Part shown: positions 17,311 to 26,537 of the stretch, piece after piece | Layout of the letters: each line of letters starts with the position of its first letter | Position numbering within the stretch: position 1 is the stretch's first letter | Source of the DNA: Methanobacteriota archaeon | GTDB taxonomy: Archaea > Thermoplasmatota > Poseidoniia > Poseidoniales > Poseidoniaceae | Length of the DNA: 34,970 nt | Assembly: GCA_011526375.1 (NCBI GenBank) | Contig: WTIT01000113.1 | Location: 2,799 to 37,768, forward strand | Reading direction: 5' to 3' | The notes under the pieces: generated by a model | Told to the model about the DNA's origin: nothing | What the model saw: the letters and a program-made list of their open reading frames with translations, nothing else | The model's database searches: none | Translations under genes and position numbers: made by a program

Positions 17311-19365
17311 CTAACCAACAATTTTGATAGTCTTACCACAGCCAGAACAGGTTATCTTTAGTGGGCGTTCTTCGCTTAACACCGGAATTGGAGTTGCACA
17401 TGCTGGGCAATTGACAGTTGGGATGCTAACAGTAGCAGGAGTCTCTTGCGCAACCATGGCCGGCTGTAATCTTCTGGGACTAACAAACGCAGTAAGTATC
17501 CACAAAACTGAGGCACCACCTGATGCTCCAAAGACAAATAAAGGCGGATAAGCAAAGACATAGACTAGTGCAGCAATAGGCAGTAATGTCAATTCGAGCA
17601 TCAAAAATCTCCTGTGTTTATTCTTAGTTATTGAAAGTGAGAAAAACAATCCTGCAAAAATTATTACCAATGTAATGATAGTCAATGGCATTGGCCCAAA
17701 CAACAGATTATCATTTGGCTGGATAATTAGTGTAAAACCTTCATCTAACGTGGTTGAGGTTGATTCCATTTTGATTACTTCGCCCCATGGATACCTCGAA
17801 TGGGAAAATGAAATTGCCTCGGTTTCTAATAGTTCAGCATCACCAAATGATGTTAAAACCGATGATGTAGCCTCAACTATTATTGTATAATCTTGCCACA
17901 ATGCTGCGGTTTGGGTTGAGGTGAAACTACGTAAAACATCTACTTGCTGTCCACTTACTAGTGTTTGTAGTGTGGAAAATGTAATTGATAATGGATGATT
18001 AACAACTCTTGTTTCACCCATCAAATCAACAGAAATTGATATCGTATCAAAATCACTCGAGTCGCCGATTAGCTTCTCGCTCTGTATCTGCATGCCGTTT
18101 ATATCGCTCATGTAGGTTCTGTATCTTGACTTCATCTCCCTTTCAAATTGCTCTTTCTCAACATTTTCAATATCACGACTTTCTCTATTTTCTTCAGTAA
18201 CTCCGCCTGGATTCCAACCAAACAGTACAGAGGTTGATGAGAGATCATTATCACCGATGTGATCCATACCCCACCGCATCCAAAACGCCATTTCTCCATC
18301 GATATCCAAAGTGGTTGTTCGCGCCATCTTTAGGTTGCCATCATCGCTTGATAGGTCGATAATTTGGGTAACAGTTAACGGGCTTCCAACACCACTTGTC
18401 CTAAGCGGTTCATCTTGGGGATAGAAAGTACCAGTGCCACCACCAGTATCAGTTACTTCGAAACTAAATTGCGCTGACCCCTGTATTAGTGGACCACTTG
18501 ATTGCAAATTTAGCCTAATCGAAACATCGATCAGATTTGTTCCAGTTTCGGCACCTAACCATGTCCATGTTACTACGATAGAATCGCCACGTTGAGTTTC
18601 GATTGGATCTCCATCTACCTTCAAACCATCAACAAACATTTCGATAGAGTCAGAATATGCTAGAGCATCTAGACCAAATGGTGAATCTAATACTGCGGAA
18701 AGATAAATGTCACTACCCTCGATTTGTGGTTCATCTATTGATAATTCCATCAGCGGGATCTCTGCTGATACGCTGGAAGGGAATTCTTCGGAGCCCCACA
18801 GAAATTCCAATTCAGCATCTCCTCCGGGCACATTGAATATCACTGACCGGGCACTAAGCTCCAGCTCTATTTCACTAGATGCTGATACAGACATCTCATC
18901 GACAGGTATTGTAAACTCAATTTGACCCTCTCCTTGGGCTAAAACTGATGATTCAAAGTTAGTTGAATCTGAAAATACTTGTGAGCCTATTTTCACTGTT
19001 GCTGTCGCATTTATCTGAGCGCCTCCAGCATCACTTACTCGATAGTTTATGATAAAACTCCAGTCTGATTCAGGAATTGCACCTGGCCAAACACGCCCCA
19101 GACTCCACACCCCAACGGTTTCTTGAGAAGTGATGGAGTTAGCGATTACTGCATTACTCGAATCTTCGACTAAAAGCTGAGAGAATGGTGACAGTTGTCC
19201 GGTTGAGCCACCAATAAGATACAATTCCACCGGGTGGGCATCATCACAACAAACAACGGTTGATTCTGCTTCTACTGCGTTGATAAATGATGAAGAAAAA
19301 GGAATAGATACTAGCATCAATACAAGAATGAACTGTGTCATCCGCCCGAAGAATCTGTCCAACAC
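17311..19365 (-). CDS. Uncharacterised membrane protein: large extracellular region, about 3 C-terminal TM helices, terminal zinc ribbon
   Basis: Signal-like TQFILVLMLVSIPF; TM segments PLTIITLVIIFAGLFFSL, LTLLPIAALVYVFA, LFVFGASGGASVLWILTAF; terminal CPAC...CSGC. Confidence 0.75.
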   Translation of the reverse strand: MLDRFFGRMTQFILVLMLVSIPFSSSFINAVEAESTVVCCDDAHPVELYLIGGSTGQLSPFSQLLVEDSSNAVIANSITSQETVGVWSLGRVWPGAIPESDWSFIINYRVSDAGGAQINATATVKIGSQVFSDSTNFESSVLAQGEGQIEFTIPVDEMSVSASSEIELELSARSVIFNVPGGDAELEFLWGSEEFPSSVSAEIPLMELSIDEPQIEGSDIYLSAVLDSPFGLDALAYSDSIEMFVDGLKVDGDPIETQRGDSIVVTWTWLGAETGTNLIDVSIRLNLQSSGPLIQGSAQFSFEVTDTGGGTGTFYPQDEPLRTSGVGSPLTVTQIIDLSSDDGNLKMARTTTLDIDGEMAFWMRWGMDHIGDNDLSSTSVLFGWNPGGVTEENRESRDIENVEKEQFEREMKSRYRTYMSDINGMQIQSEKLIGDSSDFDTISISVDLMGETRVVNHPLSITFSTLQTLVSGQQVDVLRSFTSTQTAALWQDYTIIVEATSSVLTSFGDAELLETEAISFSHSRYPWGEVIKMESTSTTLDEGFTLIIQPNDNLLFGPMPLTIITLVIIFAGLFFSLSITKNKHRRFLMLELTLLPIAALVYVFAYPPLFVFGASGGASVLWILTAFVSPRRLQPAMVAQETPATVSIPTVNCPACATPIPVLSEERPLKITCSGCGKTIKIVG

Positions 19366-19446
19366 AGACCTACCACAAACTCATGGCTCATAATTTACAC
19401 TATCATGTGTGAAGCAAAATAGTCTATTCATGCGTGGGTTTGAATC

Positions 19447-19797
19447 TTAGAGCGCTTTCTCTAGTAAGTTACCAAGTTCTTTCTCGAATAAGGATACTAG
19501 AGCTTCTCCGACTTCGCCTTGTAGATCATCTGGAAGCAGTCGTAATCCTAGCCTTGTTGCGGCTCTTGTTGCTTTCAATTCTGCATATATCGATCGTGCT
19601 TTAGATTGGAAGTAATATGATACCGCTTCCTTAATTTCGGCCTTAAGATCTGGGTCGGCTTCAACCTTATTCCTAATATGAGTTTTCAATTCATCCTTGA
19701 CTATGTCTCTGAAGGCTTCTATAACTAAGTCTTCTGTGGACATTAAGTCCTTGATTTGGTCTTTGATGCTACCAGTTAGCAATCTCTCGATGGCCAT
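19447..19797 (-). CDS. Small alpha-helical hypothetical protein
   Basis: Clean ORF, charged amphipathic helices (RDIVKDELKTHIRNKVEADPDLKAEIKEAV). TTCAAA at -29..-24 from ATG 19797 favours this start over 19803. Confidence 0.75.
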   Translation of the reverse strand: MAIERLLTGSIKDQIKDLMSTEDLVIEAFRDIVKDELKTHIRNKVEADPDLKAEIKEAVSYYFQSKARSIYAELKATRAATRLGLRLLPDDLQGEVGEALVSLFEKELGNLLEKAL

Positions 19798-19820
19798 GAC
19801 CATGCGAAGTAGCCATACTG

Positions 19821-19826
19821 TTTGAA
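19821..19826 (-). promoter_or_regulatory. Putative TATA-box variant TTCAAA
   Basis: At -29..-24 from ATG 19797. Confidence 0.5.
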
Positions 19827-19840
19827 ATCATCGTAGGTGA

Positions 19841-20749
19841 TTATGATAGTTTTCCTTCGGAAATCAAACCTCTTAGAACGCTTGCTGCATGAGATTTACT
19901 AGTATCTTTTTCACTAGGCCAAAGAGATTTAACTCGATATATCTGACTGTGCAAATCTGCTTCATTCTCGCTAATCACTATCCTAAACCACAGTAGTTCT
20001 TCTAACCGTGGAGTTGATATTTTACCGTCCGACAAAGTTGGCAAGACAAGTTCACTCATTGCTTGTTTTCTTTGGTCAAAATCCATTTTGGACCACTTTT
20101 TTGTCAGTCTATTTAGTAAACTTGTAGGGAAATTAGGTATCATTTCGGTATCTGGATTATTTATCTCTGGCAGTGGCAAAACTCGTATTGAACCTTCATT
20201 TTGTAGGATGTCTCTAATTTTGGTATAGACAGGATCATATGAATTATCCAGTGATTGACGCAACCATTGACCACTTCCTGATAGGGCTCTAAGCCGTCTA
20301 ACTCGTGGGCCATTGGGAGCAATAATCGATGCGATTGCTGCACATTGAATTACCACATCAAGGGCTCCATTATGCTGCTTTTCCGAATTAGGATGAGAAA
20401 CTGAAACCGACAAGGGAACGATTCTTACTCTACCTTCATCGTCAATTTGTTCTTGATCCCAAGTTTCCTCAAATTGTTCTATACTTATTACAAGCTGAGA
20501 CGAAGTTGAGAAATCATATTGCTCTCCCTTAGGTTGGTGGGCAACCGATTGCAGAATCTTACGGGTGTAGGGAATCTTGGAATCAATCATTGCTGATTCT
20601 AAAAATGCCAATGAAACAATACTATCGAGGTCTGCTGTAGCAAAAATTGCCACATTGTTAGATTTGGTGATCTTCTCTGTTACCGAAATTATTCTGTCTT
20701 TTGCATGACGGAATAAATCAGTTTCGAGTAAATCTTCCATAGTAATCAA
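19841..20749 (-). CDS. Degenerate DHH/RecJ-family (GAN/Cdc45-like) protein, probably inactive
   Basis: Directly downstream of rps15; VAIFATADLDSIVSLAFLESAMIDSKIPY parallels DHH motif I (H.DADG..S); no DHH triplet; no DHHA1-type GGGH. Confidence 0.55.
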   Translation of the reverse strand: MITMEDLLETDLFRHAKDRIISVTEKITKSNNVAIFATADLDSIVSLAFLESAMIDSKIPYTRKILQSVAHQPKGEQYDFSTSSQLVISIEQFEETWDQEQIDDEGRVRIVPLSVSVSHPNSEKQHNGALDVVIQCAAIASIIAPNGPRVRRLRALSGSGQWLRQSLDNSYDPVYTKIRDILQNEGSIRVLPLPEINNPDTEMIPNFPTSLLNRLTKKWSKMDFDQRKQAMSELVLPTLSDGKISTPRLEELLWFRIVISENEADLHSQIYRVKSLWPSEKDTSKSHAASVLRGLISEGKLS

Positions 20750-20788
20750 GCAACCCGTTAGGATGCTGTCTACAGCAGGCTATAAGAA

Positions 20789-21247
20789 TCACTCGACCAT
20801 TAGTCTTAGTTCATCTCTCTTGTATCGCCAATCTGAAGGAAGTTTACCTTCTGTAATGTAGTACTTTGCGAGTTTTCTAATCTTGGCTTCGGTTAATTCC
20901 AATGACCTTTTGTTGTGAATGTCCTTATGATTACCACTGCCGAGGTGTTCGATTATTCGCACTGCTTGTCTCATCAAGTTCATCATATCTTCGGGGTATG
21001 TACCACCAATGTTGTTTTCAGCAAGAATTGTTCCGATTCTCTTGCCGGTAACTAGTCTGACATTTGGCACTGCATGCTGATCTCTTAACACGGTACCGAT
21101 TTGTGCGGTTGAATGACCAGCTTTGCCCATTTCAACGACTAGTTTTACAACTTCATCGGAGTTGGTATTGGACCATTCTGGAGCCTCTGTAACATATGGC
21201 TTAGAGGAGCCGCTTTTTCCTTTTCTTGACTTGTACATACGTGCCAT
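20789..21247 (-). CDS. rps15: 30S ribosomal protein S15 (uS15)
   Basis: MARMYKSRKGKSGS, IGTVLRDQHAVP, PEDMMNL, HKDIHNKRSL, EAKIRKLAKYY, LPSDWRY. Confidence 0.97.
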   Translation of the reverse strand: MARMYKSRKGKSGSSKPYVTEAPEWSNTNSDEVVKLVVEMGKAGHSTAQIGTVLRDQHAVPNVRLVTGKRIGTILAENNIGGTYPEDMMNLMRQAVRIIEHLGSGNHKDIHNKRSLELTEAKIRKLAKYYITEGKLPSDWRYKRDELRLMVE

Positions 21248-21324
21248 GTTAACCACTCAAGCACCCTTGCGACTTGCCTCTCATTATTAACCACTCCGCA
21301 TGTTAGCAGTTATTGGACTATTTG

Positions 21325-23100
21325 CTACAACCGTTGATGTCCCTTAGCAAGCATACCAGGTGTTGTTGACCATTCCCATCCCGATGCTACGGCTCTTGCT
21401 AATCCTACAGGTTGGCCATTTTGCAAAACCAATAAGTCGTCACCAGAATTAATACCAGCGTCATAACTTTCCAGTATATTAGAAAAAATGTCACCTTTCC
21501 ATGAAACCTCGGAGTTCAGATGTATCTGTCTTAATGATGAATTCGCTGAAATTAGCGGAATTGAAGATTTCGCCAACGAAAATCCCCTCCGATCATTAGA
21601 CCAAAGTGCAATCTGTTTACCCTCAAGCTCGATTCGCCAGAATGGTGGTTTCCCACGGATACTAACGTTCTCAAGCCAAAGATCGTTTTCCATCTTGTAA
21701 CGGGCAATACTAGCGAAGTTATCTAACAATATCTTGTGATGTTTGCGATTTCTTGTGACATGCTGTTTGCTGACCTCAGCGACTGTAGTGCGTAAATTCT
21801 CCAGTGCTTCACGTGAAGTCGCAGATTTTCCGACTCTTGTTTCGAAGTAGTTGATACCGGGTAAATCAAAAGACATAGAGGAATGGTTAATCACTGTGTG
21901 ATAGTTATTACTCTCAAGCAAGGATTTCAACATGTGGCTAGTGCGTTCTATCTCATCTAGACTCCACTCACCTGTTACCGGAATGTCATAATGCGAAGCA
22001 GGCCAGGTTTCCTCTAAATCTCTTGGAACCAATCCCAAAGGCGAGGTTACCATTACTTCGTGGAATGCACTATGCCCTATAGCATCCAGGAACTTTCTGT
22101 GTGATTTTGACATCCTGTACGGCTTTCTTGCTGAACATGGCAGTAACATCAGAACATTATCTAGACCTTCAGGTGGTTGATATTCATCTGTCATGAAATC
22201 AACCCACTTTGATACCACTGGATTGCTAAGAGATGTGTGAGAATTGCAATGTAAAATAGTGCTCTTATCTACATGAGAAATTCCGATATTGGTATTTTCC
22301 CTCGTTAATTTATCATGGTAGCGAAGGTGCTCAACTAAACTGGGGCTGTTTAGTGATTGTTGCTCGACAAGTGTTCTGAGAGTTCCGTCCGCAAGCCTTG
22401 CTTTTACCTCATTAATGGCTGACTTCCAGTGGATAAGTTGAGACTCCAAGTCAGCTTCTTCACCTGAGGATGAAACCAAGTCTCGAGGCCCAGCAGCGGT
22501 TAAGAGAACATTTGATGCTGTGCATTGCCGTGATCTAGATAAATCAAAAATATCAACTCCAAACCAAACAAGAACAGCTAAATTATCTGGTCCGCCGATG
22601 CCAGGAGTCCAGATTAATGAGCCTGGAAATCTATGTTTAATGGTAACTAGGGCATCAACAAGTTTGCCTTGTTGTGAAGCAAGTTGAGGTGCGTCTACTA
22701 AAACTACTATGCTTGGTTCAGTTGCTAAATTTAGTAAAGAAGAATCATGATTCAACCTTTGCCATGAAATCGGTAATAGTCCGCCATGGCCAGCAGCCTC
22801 ACCAGCATCTGCCTCATCAAGAGAAGGTGGTAGAACATGACCTATTTTAGTTTCATAAATTGGTGAATTTTCTGTAAAATTCGGAGGAGACAATGGTAAG
22901 TTAGCAGTTACTGTTAGGGTTTGAGGGATTTCGTTGTTTGTTGATGCATTGAATGGTGTGATTTGAGCGTTAGTTTCACAATCCCCGTCCAGACCAATCA
23001 AACAGGGAGTTGTTGCCAGTGGTGATTTTCTATCACCCAAGGCCCAACTTCTCGCATACATGTAGCGATGAATTACTGTACGACCTAATTCATTCGCCAT
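21325..23100 (-). CDS. arcS: Archaeosine synthase subunit (ArcS/TgtA2; TGT-like + DUF5591 + PUA-like)
   Basis: TPC..., PG..P..LAVLVWFGVDIFD (TGT-like barrel), LLPCSARKPYRMSKSH, VTSPLGLVPRDLE..WPASHYDIPVTGEW, C-terminal GDDLLV...VGLARA PUA-like segment. Confidence 0.88.
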   Translation of the reverse strand: MANELGRTVIHRYMYARSWALGDRKSPLATTPCLIGLDGDCETNAQITPFNASTNNEIPQTLTVTANLPLSPPNFTENSPIYETKIGHVLPPSLDEADAGEAAGHGGLLPISWQRLNHDSSLLNLATEPSIVVLVDAPQLASQQGKLVDALVTIKHRFPGSLIWTPGIGGPDNLAVLVWFGVDIFDLSRSRQCTASNVLLTAAGPRDLVSSSGEEADLESQLIHWKSAINEVKARLADGTLRTLVEQQSLNSPSLVEHLRYHDKLTRENTNIGISHVDKSTILHCNSHTSLSNPVVSKWVDFMTDEYQPPEGLDNVLMLLPCSARKPYRMSKSHRKFLDAIGHSAFHEVMVTSPLGLVPRDLEETWPASHYDIPVTGEWSLDEIERTSHMLKSLLESNNYHTVINHSSMSFDLPGINYFETRVGKSATSREALENLRTTVAEVSKQHVTRNRKHHKILLDNFASIARYKMENDLWLENVSIRGKPPFWRIELEGKQIALWSNDRRGFSLAKSSIPLISANSSLRQIHLNSEVSWKGDIFSNILESYDAGINSGDDLLVLQNGQPVGLARAVASGWEWSTTPGMLAKGHQRL

Positions 23101-23150
23101 AGTTAGCGCTGATGCTATTCGTACAAGAATAATTCCTTTTGAACCCTAAC

Positions 23151-23156
23151 TTCAAA
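23151..23156 (+). promoter_or_regulatory. Putative TATA-box variant TTCAAA
   Basis: At -29..-24 from ATG 23180, in the divergent arcS intergenic region. Confidence 0.55.
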
Positions 23157-23179
23157 CATAACAAACTAGACGCCGTGCC

Positions 23180-25363
23180 ATGGAGGGTCGTACTAGAACG
23201 CTGATTGTCACCCTTCTGGTTCTGTTTACTGCAACCTATGTACAGGTTGATTTGCTTGACAGGGCCGATGGTTCTACACTTGAAGAATTTGAGATTGCAA
23301 GTACTATTCCACCACAGACTACTCATGAATGGGACATCGTATCAGGAAATTGGTACAGCATCCAAACCAACTGCTTGTCATGTACTTCTGAACTATTCAT
23401 TAATGATGTCATGATACAATCCGAGCAGATTAATTACTCTGGTCAAATCAACGAAAATGGCAAATTAAGACTCGTTATAGATAATCCACAGGCAGAAAAT
23501 TTTGCTATATCAGCCATAGTAGATGTAACTGACAACCATCCAAACACTAGACCAGGCCCACAGACAGAAATACAACTATCAAGTGTTTATCATTGTAATG
23601 AACTTGATGATTGCATTGACAAACAATCTCCAATTTTAGCCGGTCTCCAGTCGCCAAACCAAACCACCCAGTCAATCAATGGCGTTCTAGAAAGTCAACA
23701 GAAAGATCACTTTGGTTTTGCAGTAACTCAGGGGCAAACTATTGAATTAAATTTGGAACATGTGAATTCTGACATAGAAATTAAATCATATTTTCAGAAT
23801 GAAACTAATGAGTTTGAAATTGTCAACAATTTAACTTCTGATTCGACATCTAACAATAAAGCAAATCCAAACTTAATCTATGTCAACATCAATGAAGATG
23901 GGCGATTAATAATTAGTGTATCATCAGAAACTGTAGATACCATTTGGTCAGTTGGAATAATAGTCTACAACCAATCACAAACTAGTGTGATTCAATTAAC
24001 TGAGGCTAAGGAAATTCTCGGTCACGCAACAAAAACCATAGTTATCGAAATGAATGATACAACAGCAATAAACCTGCAGCCAAATATTTTTGACGTCAAC
24101 TACACGTATCAATCACTGGTAAATTCAGAATGGATCTTCTCTGGTAATGGTGTATTAATTAACGATGTGGATAACTTCATTTTTCCGCTACCGGGTAGTA
24201 CAGCAACTATGCTAACAATTTCGGCAAATGTGTTCCACATAGATTTGACTAGTACTAACTTTGACGACATTAATAGCGGCTTAGAAGCCCCTTCATTGCC
24301 GCCCATTCTTGCCTCGACAAATAATTCATCGTGGCCTGTGCTAGATGTTCAAGGTCCGAACAGAATCGGAGAATTTACTCACTCAGTTGGAGATTCAAGT
24401 GATGTTTACAGAATTGAGATTGACGCCTGGGAAGATTCGATTCATTTCGTCAAAATTGATATTGAGGGTGATATCAACTCCTTTGAGATAGAGTTGATTG
24501 AAAAAGACCAAAATGATTGGTCTGAAGTTGAATCTAAGACGAAGACCATAACACTAGGTAAATTGACTGTGGCATTAGAGTTATCAAGAGGAACTCATTT
24601 CTTCAGAATTTCAATGCTCAACGCTACAACGAACACCGCATGGGGCGAATATTCTGAACCAACAAAATACACGATAATTACCACATATGAATTGGTCGAT
24701 GAAGGTGAAGAACCTTGGTTTCCACCCGACGAAAATGCCAAAAAATGGGGCAATGTTGCTCGTTGGGTAATGGGCATTCTGTTCTTAGTTCCAGCGCTTT
24801 ATCTAGTGATTACGCAAACTAGAAAGAAGAACTACGCAAAAGAGATGTCATCCAAGAAACAAAGGCTACAATGGCTAAAGTCAAGACTTGATGAGGGGAT
24901 CAGTCCTAAACAAAATCGTCGTGAATTAGCTAAATCATTGGATGCAGTTGCTACCTTGGACTGGGATGATGCTTGCCAAACATGGGGAGAAGCAGACATA
25001 TACTATCGAACAGAAAATGTTGCTATTGCTTGTTGGAGACTAGATCCAAGAATTGCCGAAGACTCTGAATCATGGCCAATCATTGTTGGAATATACATTG
25101 TTAGCGGAAGTTGGGAAATAGCTGCATTAAGACTTGATTCTCCGGAGGGACAAGCGTGGGAGATAAAATCCGTAACACCTAGGTTCCTTCACGGAGGCTA
25201 TGAGGTATTTCTTGACACAATGTTGGAAGGCAACAAAACATTCCTGTCTCTAGAATTGGTTGGCTCCGCTAATTCTGTAGATATCGAATTGAATGGTCGA
25301 TTGAATGGTGAACCATTTGCCTGTAGGGCAGCAAAGACCCTGTATAGGGACGAAGAAGAATAA
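23180..25363 (+). CDS. Uncharacterised single-pass membrane protein: beta-rich, PPC-like extracellular region and about 180-aa C-terminal domain
   Basis: Signal RTLIVTLLVLFTA; PPC-like KDHFGFAVTQGQTIELNL and DSSDVYRIEI; many N-x-S/T sequons before the TM WVMGILFLVPALYLVI. Confidence 0.72.
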   Translation: MEGRTRTLIVTLLVLFTATYVQVDLLDRADGSTLEEFEIASTIPPQTTHEWDIVSGNWYSIQTNCLSCTSELFINDVMIQSEQINYSGQINENGKLRLVIDNPQAENFAISAIVDVTDNHPNTRPGPQTEIQLSSVYHCNELDDCIDKQSPILAGLQSPNQTTQSINGVLESQQKDHFGFAVTQGQTIELNLEHVNSDIEIKSYFQNETNEFEIVNNLTSDSTSNNKANPNLIYVNINEDGRLIISVSSETVDTIWSVGIIVYNQSQTSVIQLTEAKEILGHATKTIVIEMNDTTAINLQPNIFDVNYTYQSLVNSEWIFSGNGVLINDVDNFIFPLPGSTATMLTISANVFHIDLTSTNFDDINSGLEAPSLPPILASTNNSSWPVLDVQGPNRIGEFTHSVGDSSDVYRIEIDAWEDSIHFVKIDIEGDINSFEIELIEKDQNDWSEVESKTKTITLGKLTVALELSRGTHFFRISMLNATTNTAWGEYSEPTKYTIITTYELVDEGEEPWFPPDENAKKWGNVARWVMGILFLVPALYLVITQTRKKNYAKEMSSKKQRLQWLKSRLDEGISPKQNRRELAKSLDAVATLDWDDACQTWGEADIYYRTENVAIACWRLDPRIAEDSESWPIIVGIYIVSGSWEIAALRLDSPEGQAWEIKSVTPRFLHGGYEVFLDTMLEGNKTFLSLELVGSANSVDIELNGRLNGEPFACRAAKTLYRDEEE

Positions 25364-26482
25364 TTACTTTCGGCGATTCACAGCATCCTGTTTGATTGTA
25401 TCCTGTAGTTCTTCGTCGGTGTAAGTTTGTCTGCTAGATTCTAATTGCTTTATCTCCGATTTACTAACCTTCTTGGGCATTTGTAACTTGACTAGAACTA
25501 CTACATCCCCTCTTCCTGAACCTCGAATTCGTGGCAGTCCTTTGCCTCTAATCTCTATTGTTTCTCCGGAGTTAGTTAGTTTAGGAACTACAATCTTTAG
25601 TTCACCGCCATCAATGTGTGGCAAAATTATCGTTTTACCAAGCACCAAATCTGTGTATGGCAAAGGCAATGACATAATTAAATCTGCACCAGATCTTTCG
25701 AACCAATCATGTTGCTCCACCTCAATTTCAATGAATAAATCACCATTTTCACCCCTACCGCGCAGCGCAGGTTCGCCTTTACCTCTCATCCTTAATCTGG
25801 TACCATCCTCAGCACCTTTGGGGATGTTGAAGCGAAGTTTTGTCTCTTTGAGTTGTTGTCCACTTCCTTTACATGATTTACATTTTGTTTTGATTATCTG
25901 TCCCATTCCCGAACAACTTGGACAGTCACGGATTACATCCTGGACAAATGGCCCTACTTGCTGTCTTGCCCTTATTTTTCCCTGACCGCCACAATTACTG
26001 CATGAAATAATATCACCATTTTCCGCCCCTGTTCCACTACAATCCTCACAAGACGTAGGCAGTTCTAATTCTAATTCTTCACTTGTACCCTCGAATACCG
26101 ATTCCAAATTTACGCTGTATCGAAAAATCACATCATTACCACGATTTCTAGACCGTCTAGAACCTCCTCCAAAAAAACTTGAAAAGAAGTCTCCACCCAA
26201 AATATCCTCTAGATTAATGTTAAACGAACCACCGCCAAACCCACCAAATGGTGAACCACCGGGTGTATTATGACCAAATCGGTCATACATTTGGCGCTTT
26301 TCAGGATCCGATAAAACTGCATATGCCTCTTGGATTTCCTTGAATTTGTCTTCAGCGTCATCCTCAGTACTACGGTCAGGGTGAAACTTTCTCGCTAGGC
26401 TTCTAAAGGCATTTTTCAAGTCTTTTTCGTCTGCTGACTTGTCAACACCAAGAACTTCGTAGTAATCGCGTTTATCCGTCAT
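25364..26482 (-). CDS. dnaJ: Chaperone DnaJ
   Basis: DYYEVLGV, HPD, G/F-rich region, four CxxCxGxG repeats, GDLFIEI C-terminal domain. Confidence 0.97.
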   Translation of the reverse strand: MTDKRDYYEVLGVDKSADEKDLKNAFRSLARKFHPDRSTEDDAEDKFKEIQEAYAVLSDPEKRQMYDRFGHNTPGGSPFGGFGGGSFNINLEDILGGDFFSSFFGGGSRRSRNRGNDVIFRYSVNLESVFEGTSEELELELPTSCEDCSGTGAENGDIISCSNCGGQGKIRARQQVGPFVQDVIRDCPSCSGMGQIIKTKCKSCKGSGQQLKETKLRFNIPKGAEDGTRLRMRGKGEPALRGRGENGDLFIEIEVEQHDWFERSGADLIMSLPLPYTDLVLGKTIILPHIDGGELKIVVPKLTNSGETIEIRGKGLPRIRGSGRGDVVVLVKLQMPKKVSKSEIKQLESSRQTYTDEELQDTIKQDAVNRRK

Positions 26483-26537
26483 ACGAGTCCCCCTTGATGT
26501 TGTGCCGTACCAATATTACCTTTCAACATCACGGAAA

